DNA of 14,227 bases from Promethearchaeia archaeon (GTDB lineage: Archaea > Asgardarchaeota > Lokiarchaeia > Sigyniarchaeales > SOKP01). The notes under the pieces were generated by a model. The model did no database searches and was not told the origin of the DNA. It saw nothing but the letters and a program-made list of their open reading frames with translations. Each line of letters starts with the position of its first letter. Position 1 is the first letter of the stretch. The stretch is from NCBI GenBank assembly GCA_046497275.1, contig JAWOFX010000099.1, forward strand, positions 1 through 14,227, given 5' to 3'. The position numbers were made by a program, and so were the translations under genes. Shown in pieces: positions 7,486-14,227 of the stretch.

Positions 7486-7839
7486 GTGTTTAAAATAGCG
7501 AAAGACAAGATTATAGGTGCAATTATTATAATAATCGGCGCTTTACTTGGTGTCTTCTACACTTTGGGTTCTTTTGTGGATTATTTATTGGAATCTCTTT
7601 GGAATGTACCCCAAGGGTTTGATATTACCTCCTCTTGGTTAGGTTTAGATTTATTTGACTGGAGATTATTTGTTGTAGCTCCACTTACACTTGTTGTTGT
7701 ATTGGTGGCTATAATTGCTATCTGGATTGGATACAGTATGCTTACTACCCCTGCTCCAGTTCCTTTAGAGGAGTTGGAAGAGGAATTAGCTGCTGAAGAG
7801 GAAGAACTTGCCCTAGAAGAAGAACGAGAAGAAGATTAA
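7486..7839 (+). CDS. Small two-TM membrane protein with acidic C-terminal tail; DPM2-like
   Basis: Two hydrophobic segments (IIGAIIIIIGALLGVFYTLGSFV and LFVVAPLTLVVVLVAIIAIWIGYSML), then TTPAPVP and a Glu-rich tail. The CDS is well supported; the family call is a by-eye resemblance. Confidence 0.8.
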   Translation: MFKIAKDKIIGAIIIIIGALLGVFYTLGSFVDYLLESLWNVPQGFDITSSWLGLDLFDWRLFVVAPLTLVVVLVAIIAIWIGYSMLTTPAPVPLEELEEELAAEEEELALEEEREED

Positions 7840-7850
7840 CTTATCATATA

Positions 7851-7900
7851 CTTTTATTTTTTTTATTTTCCTTTTATATATTTCTTTAATTTTTTTTGGA
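7851..7900 (+). terminator. Oligo-T tracts, probable archaeal intrinsic terminator
   Basis: Several T4-T8 runs begin 12 nt after the TAA at 7837-7839. Confidence 0.55.
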
Positions 7901-7994
7901 TAATTTAAAGTTCTTACTTATTATAAATCTCAACTTCATTAAGAATCAATTATTATTCCAAAATAGATTAAAAATTGCAATTTGATGAATTAAA

Positions 7995-9899
7995 ATGAAT
8001 TCAAAGAGAAAACTTTTGGTAATAGGGGTTGATCAAGCGATTCCGTGTCTTATTGATACATTCGTGAGAGAAGAGAAATTGCCTAATATAGAGAAATTGA
8101 TCAAAAGCGGCGTAAAAGGTGAAGCCTATTCATGTCCTCCTTGTGATACTCCGACAAATTGGGCGACAATCGCAACAGGGGCTCCTACCGCGATTCATGG
8201 CGCAACCAGTTTTTATCTCCATATCCCAGGTGAAACTTTTGAATTTAGTCTCAAGAATCGTTCTAGAACGCAACTTTCAAAATATGCGGGCGCAGAATAT
8301 TTTTGGACTACTGCCGATAAAAATGGATATAGTCCCTTTGTAATTAATTATCCTGCTGGATGGCCGAGTAATTTTGAAAAAGGAGCAATGAGTCTTTTTA
8401 CATGGTCTGTTCCAGAGTCATTACCCCAAAAGATATTGAGTGGAGCAAAACTAAAATTTAGTAATAAATCAAAGAATCCAAAAAAACAAATTAATCCCAT
8501 TGAAGAGCCAGAGTTAGAAATAAAAAGTAAATCCCCTATCTTAGGTATTAGTTTTGAAATAAAGGGAGGTAAAATAACCAAAACAAAAACGTTAGATGGG
8601 TACATAGTAGATAAAAACGGAAGGGGTTATGATACTTTTATTTATTTAGAGATTGAGAAGGGAATTACACATGAACTACGTGAAAAAGAAACAAGTGAAT
8701 GGATTGATATAAAATTAGAAACTGAATATGGCGAATTACCTTGCTTATTTCAATTAGAAATTGAAAATATAGAAAATAATGGGACCGATTTAAAGTTATA
8801 CAGAAGTTCAATATATAATACAAAAGGATGGTCCGTTCCTGAGTCATTCGCTGAAGATTTAATCAAACATGGGATTTTTAGTCAAAAAAAAAGTGAGGAT
8901 AATGAAGTTGAGTATATGATTTCAGGAGATATAGCACCCTATCTTGAATATGCGAGGGATGAGAGTTTATCATTGGGAAAAGCCATTACTTATGCTAAAC
9001 AGAGTTTAAAGTGGGACGTATGCTTTTTTCATATCCATCATCTTGATAGTGTAAATCATAGAACCTTAGGACCCGTCTTTCCAGAATTTCCAAACTATAA
9101 TGAAAAAGATGCATCCATTGCTAATAATCAAATAGAAATTGCATATAAAATCATAGATGAATTAGTGGGTAATTTATTAAAAAGTTGTGTTGATGAGCAT
9201 ACAATTGTTTTATTCGTTTCTGATCACGGTGCGATTCCCGTGTGGAAGAATGTAAATATTACATTACCCTTAGAAGAGGCTGGGCTTTTAAAATATCAAT
9301 GGAATCAAAGCAAAAAAGAATATGTGATAGATTGGAAGGAAACAAAAGTATATCCTTATATGGAACCTCCTTATATCTGGGTAAATCTGAAAGGAAGGGA
9401 TCCTAAGGGAATAGTTAGTTCTTCTGAATTTGAATCGGTGAGGGAGCAAACAATTGATGCTCTTGAGAATTTCCGAGATCAAGATACGGGAGAAAAAATT
9501 GTAAAGAAAGTTTTAAGAAAGGAAGATGCAGAATATTTGGGGCAAAATGGAGAGAGAGTAGGTGATATTATCTATTTTCTGAAGCCCCCCTATCAAATAT
9601 TTGATGGAAAAGTAACGCAATTGAACGCTGCGAGAAAAAAAAAGAGACTATATAAAAAGCCCGCGGTATATGATGCACAGGTCTGTTTTGGGGCCCATGC
9701 GTATTATCTTCCCGATGAAACACAGGGAGACTATAGTATTAGTGTGCCGATGATTTTTAATGGTCCAGGAATTAAAAATGGTGTAAAATTAAATGAAATT
9801 GTTAATTTAATTGATATTGCTCCCACTCTTTCACATCTATTAAATATACCAAACCCCGAAAACGCTCAAGGAAGAATTCTTACCGAAATTTTAGAATAA
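7995..9899 (+). CDS. Alkaline phosphatase superfamily protein (nucleotide pyrophosphatase / type I phosphodiesterase-like)
   Basis: LLVIGVDQA (metal Asp), PPCDTPTNWATIATG...HG (Thr nucleophile), HHLDSVNH, VSDHG, YIWVNLKGRDPKGIV, GAH and LIDIAPTL. Substrate cannot be assigned. Confidence 0.9.
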   Translation: MNSKRKLLVIGVDQAIPCLIDTFVREEKLPNIEKLIKSGVKGEAYSCPPCDTPTNWATIATGAPTAIHGATSFYLHIPGETFEFSLKNRSRTQLSKYAGAEYFWTTADKNGYSPFVINYPAGWPSNFEKGAMSLFTWSVPESLPQKILSGAKLKFSNKSKNPKKQINPIEEPELEIKSKSPILGISFEIKGGKITKTKTLDGYIVDKNGRGYDTFIYLEIEKGITHELREKETSEWIDIKLETEYGELPCLFQLEIENIENNGTDLKLYRSSIYNTKGWSVPESFAEDLIKHGIFSQKKSEDNEVEYMISGDIAPYLEYARDESLSLGKAITYAKQSLKWDVCFFHIHHLDSVNHRTLGPVFPEFPNYNEKDASIANNQIEIAYKIIDELVGNLLKSCVDEHTIVLFVSDHGAIPVWKNVNITLPLEEAGLLKYQWNQSKKEYVIDWKETKVYPYMEPPYIWVNLKGRDPKGIVSSSEFESVREQTIDALENFRDQDTGEKIVKKVLRKEDAEYLGQNGERVGDIIYFLKPPYQIFDGKVTQLNAARKKKRLYKKPAVYDAQVCFGAHAYYLPDETQGDYSISVPMIFNGPGIKNGVKLNEIVNLIDIAPTLSHLLNIPNPENAQGRILTEILE

Positions 9900-9930
9900 T
9901 TTTTTTCATCTTATTCTACACTATTTTTTT
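9900..9930 (+). terminator. Oligo-T tracts after the phosphodiesterase gene
   Basis: T7 at 9900-9906 immediately after the stop and T7 at 9924-9930. Confidence 0.5.
9911..9923 (+). repeat. Copy 3 (13 bp, TTATTCTACACTA) of the dispersed motif
   Basis: Exact match to the core of copies 1 and 2; overlaps the TAG of the convergent beta-propeller gene. Confidence 0.5.
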
Positions 9931-11078
9931 AGACTATACGCATTTATTTCCCCAGAATCATTACTTGTAAAAATCAGGTCACTGTTGCTATTATATGCAA
10001 TATCATTGATACAAGAATGCTCATGTTTAAAGCTATGAATTTTTCCACTCTTTTCTTCTACTAGCAATAAGCATCCTTCAGTGGTACATAGTGCAATAAA
10101 ATTTTCTTGATTATTCTTGATGCTTTTGAATTTTTCCACATTTAAACCTTGTAGTTGCCATGAGATTTCTTCTGCTGTATTCAAATAGAGAACTTGTGAG
10201 GTATATGCTAAATTTTGGGTATCATTAGGATATAGATAGGCATAGGAATATGTACTCATGAGGAAAGCTGTAGGGGACCTTATGGGATATGATTTACAAC
10301 TCCATATGTAATCAGAAAAAGATAATTTGGCAATGGTAGCATGATTTTCTCTATTAATATAATAGAGTTCTTTCTCATCTCCTCCACAAATAAAGATGGG
10401 AGTATCTGATATAGAAAAGGTTGTAAAAGTACGTAATTTATTATCAAATTTTTTAAACCACAACAATTCTCCGTCTTCTCCCCTAAAAATGCGTAATGTT
10501 CCGTCATTCCCGCATGCGACTATGATTTTTTGTGATTTAAAATTAATATCTTCAATAATTTTAGCATCACCAATCCCTTTCTCGAACATTTGTGCCCAAA
10601 TTAACTCTCCTGATTTACTATTCAATACTCGCAAGCTTTTGTCCAATGAATATACTATAAGTTCCAATTTTGAATCCAGAGTAATATCATCTATCAGAAT
10701 TCCATTTATATTTCCGCCAAAGGTGTGTGCCCATAAACTATGCAAGTGTAAACTGGAATCTATAGTAAATGTTCGTAATAATCCATCCATAGATCCTATG
10801 ATAAGTTCTAAATTCCCATTTTGAGTAATATCTCTCACATTTATGGTATAAATCGCTTTTTTTTCGGTGATGGTATCTTTAAATAAAAGAGTTCCATTTG
10901 TATTCAAAATTAGTAGTTCTCCATTTTGGGTAGTTACAATTATCTCTTTTTGTCCATTTCCATTTAAATCTCGGGTTAATATTCTTAAAATAGGATTTGT
11001 ATGGCTATAAGTCCAAAGTTTCGTTAATGAATTCATATTTATGGGTATAAGATCACCTCTAAAAATTGAATAATTCAC
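9921..11078 (-). CDS. Beta-propeller repeat protein (FG-GAP/VCBS-like and WD40-like blades)
   Basis: Recurring DLNGNGQKEIIV, DITQNGNLELIIGSMDGLLRTF, DITLDSKLELIVYSLDKSLRVL, ACGNDGTLRIF and GELIW/GELLW. The start is uncertain (GTG11078, ATG11036, or near GAGGTGAT at 11052-11059). Confidence 0.85.
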   Translation of the reverse strand: MNYSIFRGDLIPINMNSLTKLWTYSHTNPILRILTRDLNGNGQKEIIVTTQNGELLILNTNGTLLFKDTITEKKAIYTINVRDITQNGNLELIIGSMDGLLRTFTIDSSLHLHSLWAHTFGGNINGILIDDITLDSKLELIVYSLDKSLRVLNSKSGELIWAQMFEKGIGDAKIIEDINFKSQKIIVACGNDGTLRIFRGEDGELLWFKKFDNKLRTFTTFSISDTPIFICGGDEKELYYINRENHATIAKLSFSDYIWSCKSYPIRSPTAFLMSTYSYAYLYPNDTQNLAYTSQVLYLNTAEEISWQLQGLNVEKFKSIKNNQENFIALCTTEGCLLLVEEKSGKIHSFKHEHSCINDIAYNSNSDLIFTSNDSGEINAYSLKK

Positions 11079-11389
11079 TATGGTTTCGTAAAAAATTTAG
11101 TAAAACCTAATTAAATTTTTTGATAATGCGTTAATTCTTCTCTTTTAGTTATGCCCTCTTATATATAAAATAATATTAGTGTTATCATTTATTAAATCTT
11201 TAAATTATAGTCTGAAGTTAAATCCTTAATTTTTGATTTCCCACTTAATAACGAAGTTTTTATTTTTTATATTATTAGAAAAAATAACACTTTAGTAAAT
11301 TTTTGGTGGATTTATACCAAAAAATGAAAAGAATAAAACTTACAAAAGAAAAATAAATTTAACAAAAGAACAAAGGAGAGAAACACATT

Positions 11390-11587
11390 ATGTCTTTTGA
11401 AATTGAAATTGATATGGATGCTTGTTCTGGATGTGGAACATGCTACGAAGTATGTCCGTCCGAATGTTTTGACGAGCCAGAAGGTGGAAAGGTAGTAGTT
11501 ATTGAGGAAAACAGAGAAGATTGCGTTGGTTGTCGGGCTTGCGAGACTCAATGTCCAGAAGAAGCAATTGTAATTACTGAAGTCTAA
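11390..11587 (+). CDS. 2[4Fe-4S] dicluster ferredoxin
   Basis: CSGCGTCYEVCP and CVGCRACETQCP, 65 aa, acidic; AGGAG SD at 11374-11378. Confidence 0.96.
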   Translation: MSFEIEIDMDACSGCGTCYEVCPSECFDEPEGGKVVVIEENREDCVGCRACETQCPEEAIVITEV

Positions 11588-11610
11588 CTCTGACGGCTTT
11601 TAGTCTATAA

Positions 11611-11640
11611 TTATTTTTTCATCTCTTTTTTTATTTTTTT
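11611..11640 (+). terminator. Oligo-T tracts after ferredoxin
   Basis: T6, T7 and T7 runs within about 55 nt of the stop. Confidence 0.55.
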
Positions 11641-11850
11641 ATCTTATCGTAAGGTATTTATAAAACTTATCTATGATTTGTTAATCATACTCAATTATGT
11701 AAATGTAAGTTAATTTTTTCTCTTTCAAGCTTTATAATACACGAGGATAGAAATCTTGATGTAATTCTGTCAAAAAAACATAAATTCAATCAAACTTTAA
11801 AAAAATAAATTAGTGATAGTAAGAAAAACAAATAAAAGAGATTCGATATA

Positions 11851-12228
11851 ATGGAAAATTTAACAGGAGGTCCGGCAATTATCTATTCGGTGTTGTGGCA
11901 AACGAAGCAAATGGGCTTTTTAAAAACTATTTTAGAAGACATTGGAATAAATAATTTAAAAGTCCTCATTTATTTCAAAGATTACTTACCTGGAGCGCTT
12001 CTTGAATTGGATGGCGAAAAGGGAGATTTTCACATTACTCCCGTGGATGATCCTAAAACTGTAGAATATGACGGCGCGTTTTTCGGAGAATTAAAATATG
12101 TATTAAGGTTAATTAAGGGGCATATGTTCTCAAAGGGGTTCTGGCACCTCTTAAAGGGAAAAATAAAGTTAAAAGGGATAACATCTTTGTTCAAATTATT
12201 AAAATTAATAGGTGAGTTGGCGATTTAA
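11851..12228 (+). CDS. SCP2-like (sterol carrier protein 2 fold) domain protein
   Basis: 125 aa; beta-rich middle, then D-G-A-F-F-G...FWHLLKGKIKLKG...L..L..L resembling the SCP2 C-terminal GKLKIKG pattern. By-eye call. Confidence 0.6.
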   Translation: MENLTGGPAIIYSVLWQTKQMGFLKTILEDIGINNLKVLIYFKDYLPGALLELDGEKGDFHITPVDDPKTVEYDGAFFGELKYVLRLIKGHMFSKGFWHLLKGKIKLKGITSLFKLLKLIGELAI

Positions 12229-12229
12229 G

Positions 12230-13356
12230 ATGGAGGATTCATTGGAAGTGTTATTAGATGCCCTCAATTGTAAAACACCTTCAAGAATCCCTTCTTTTTG
12301 TCTGGGTGCTGATTGGGATTTTATGGAACGATTTTATGCCGAATATGGATTTACCTACGAAGAATTTAATCAATTTAAGGAGGATAAGCTCCCATGGTTA
12401 TGTCCCGTAAATATTCCATTATCCATTAAACTTGGAATTGACTTAACTTGGATTACAATTGGAGGTCCTGTTATCTGGCTGGATCATAGCAATAAACCTG
12501 CTCAAATGCATGGTGGTTTATTTAAGATAGCAACGCGAACCTCCTCTTACCACCCCCAACAAGTACAAAAAAGAGACCTATTCCGCATTGGTGGTGGCTG
12601 AAAGCAGGTTTAGAAAGTGAGGAAGCTATTAGAAATTATCTTGAAAAAGATATCCATTATAAAAAATCCAAGTTTAAAGACTATAAAAAAATAATAGATA
12701 CTTGTTTGGATAAATATGGTCTGGTGGTCTCAATCGGATTAACTGGACCATGGGAAAATTTGCATTTTGGAATCGGATTCGGTCAAGTCGCAAAATTATG
12801 GAGAAAAAATAGAGCATTATTACATGAAATTGGGAATTTTTATAATGAATTTGCCTTAGAGGGAATGGAAAACTTAATGAAAATCACCAAACCGAAGGTC
12901 GTAATGATTGGGGACGATTATGGCTATAATCAAGGATTACAATTAAGTATCGAAATGTGGCGGGATCTCGTTCGACCCACCTTACAAAAGCACGCAGAGA
13001 TAATTCATAGGTATGGAGGAAAATTTCTTCTACATTCATGCGGTAATATAGGAGAGTTATTCGGAGATTTTGTAGAAATAGGAATCGATGGAATCGAATC
13101 CTTAAAACCATTTAACAATGATCTAAAAAGTCTAAAAAAAAAATATGGGGATAAAATCGCGTTAATAGGTACAATAGATGATACTAACTTACTCAAGAAC
13201 GGAAAACATGAACAGATAAAAAGAGAAGTGAAAAATTCAATCGAAGAGTTAGGCCCAGATGGATATATTCCCGGAGCAACTAATTTCTTGCTCGACCAAC
13301 CGCCTGATAATATTTATGCAATGTTAGAAGCGATTCGAGAATATAAAATCCCATGA
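12230..13356 (+). pseudogene. Uroporphyrinogen decarboxylase (URO-D)/MtaA-CmuA family protein, interrupted by a single -1 frameshift between 12526 and 12599
   Basis: ORF1 (ATG12230, stop 12599-12601) gives the N-terminal part (DALNCKTPSRIP). The second frame is open from 12526 to 13356 and carries GPWE, IGDDYG, FLLHSCG, GIDGI, KYGDKIALIGTID, GYIPG and PPDNIYAMLEA. One added base joins them into about 375 aa. Confidence 0.8.
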
Positions 13357-13742
13357 ATCTGTAAAAATTTTATGAGCCCAATCCGAATATATTTTATCTA
13401 TTAAAAATAAATGGGCAAAAAATGGGTATAAAGCCTTCATGAGTGAAACTTTTTGAAGAAAAAGAAAAAAAATTTAAATTATAATAAATTTTTCTGAATA
13501 AGTAAAAAATAAAAAGTGTTTGATTAATATTCCTCGGTAGAAATTAATCCAACCCTACTTTTTATTCTGTTTTTTTTATCACCTTTAAACGGTTTTAAAA
13601 CGATCGGGTTTTTTTATCTAGACACCCAGTTAATGTATTAAAAAAACTCTTATTTAAATGTTTCTCCTATGGAAATCCTTCACCTAACTTATATACTTTG
13701 TTAAAAAGTGTTCAGAAATTGAAATAAGTTTTAAAAAGAGAA

Positions 13743-14147
13743 ATGAAGAAAATTAACAAAAAAAAATATAAATTAACGAAAACGGTGTTTAGACCTCGCT
13801 TTTGAAAACTTTTTAGTTTTGTTGAAAGAGAAAATAAAGAATTCAGATAAATTAGAGAATTATGTTTTTACCAAAGAAGAAATCTTTAATTCAAGACACA
13901 AATATATTGAAATTATAAATAATTAAGTTATGAAAAATTCACAGAGTCTTTTTACTATTATACTCACTTCGATTTGAATAACATGATAAATGCTGTAGAT
14001 CAAATCTTACCCTATTGCAAAGTTTTGTATTCATCACCTGCATCCATCCCTTTTTTCTATATTATGGATCATGGTCTGCAGATTTGTCATTTCTTTTTCG
14101 CTTTACTCTTATTTCAATTTTTTAAATTAAATGAATTACCAGAGTAG
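13743..14147 (+). pseudogene. Possible decayed ORF of unknown function in three tiled frames
   Basis: ATG13743-TGA13805 (20 aa), an open frame at 13777-13926 (49 sense codons) and an open frame at 13923-14147 (74 sense codons) abut each other. No recognisable motif. Confidence 0.25.
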
Positions 14148-14227
14148 AATTCGCCCGCATTTTTTACATACGCCTTCATTGATCTGCCTATTAAGGCAAT
14201 TTTGATGATAAGGAGCCCCGCATTCCT
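14136..14227 (-). CDS. 3' end of a RING/PHD-like zinc-finger protein (Prok-RING-like); gene starts beyond the window
   Basis: Manual translation from 14225: ECGAPYHQNCLNRQINEGVCKKCGRILLW*, i.e. C-x4-H-x2-C-x9-C-x2-C, with stop TAA at 14136-14138. Confidence 0.8.
   Translation of the reverse strand, partial: ECGAPYHQNCLNRQINEGVCKKCGRILLW

Noticed and set aside
6653-10824. ORFs 6653-6835(+), 8119-8343(+), 8348-8605(-), 8665-8847(-), 9288-9482(-), 10280-10507(-) and 10396-10824(+)
   Set aside because: All are nested in or antisense to well-supported longer genes and have composition typical of shadow frames.
12563-12575. Programmed -1 ribosomal frameshift signal
   Set aside because: The A-run is not phased as X XXY YYZ in the ORF1 frame and no convincing downstream structure was seen; kept only as an unresolved frame break.
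11312-13196. ORFs 11312-11551(-), 12884-13111(-) and 13005-13196(-)
   Set aside because: Antisense to the ferredoxin or the URO-D-family gene.
13664-13676. CTCCTATGGAAAT, resembling an archaeal mini-ORB, in an AT-rich gap (possible replication origin)
   Set aside because: Single imperfect copy with no G-string and no cdc6/orc1 gene in the window.
13743-13805. 20-aa basic peptide MKKINKKKYKLTKTVFRPRF as a possible tiny ribosomal protein
   Set aside because: Lys content is explained by A-runs and it does not resemble eL41 or other small ribosomal proteins.
13716-14120. 13-bp inverted repeat AAATTGAAATAAG (13716-13728 and 14108-14120) as possible MITE/IS ends
   Set aside because: Low-complexity and AT-rich; no target-site duplication or transposase motif seen.
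1-14227. tRNA, rRNA, CRISPR array, integrase or transposase
   Set aside because: No cloverleaf-like GC-rich segment, regularly spaced repeats or recombinase motifs were seen by eye; tRNAscan-SE/Infernal would be needed to exclude small RNAs.

Overview
AT-rich archaeal DNA. An Asgard (Lokiarchaeia-like) origin is inferred from archaeal-type ribosomal proteins with long acidic extensions, a URO-D-family gene, an SCP2-like gene and a RING-like finger; the taxonomy is not verified. Bases 1-5184 (minus strand) hold the archaeal S10/spc ribosomal cluster uS19-uL22-uS3-uL29-rnp1-uS17-uL14-uL24-eS4-uL5-uS14(partial). It begins at uS19, with no uL2/uL23/uL4/uL3 upstream. Bases 5578-14227 are accessory and metabolic genes: an apparent AbrB-like + cupin fusion, ribokinase, a two-TM DPM2-like protein, an alkaline-phosphatase-superfamily phosphodiesterase, a beta-propeller protein, a 2[4Fe-4S] ferredoxin, an SCP2-like protein, a frameshifted URO-D/MtaA-family gene, a possible decayed ORF, and the 3' end of a RING-like zinc-finger gene that the ORF track missed. 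The most notable points are: uS3 has no canonical start codon for its conserved N-terminus (probable ATT start, or a 1-nt indel); the AbrB-cupin fusion; the DPM2-like protein; and a 13-15 bp motif repeated in three intergenic regions. No rRNA, tRNA, CRISPR array or intact mobile element was seen. All family calls are by eye from remembered motifs; no database search was run.
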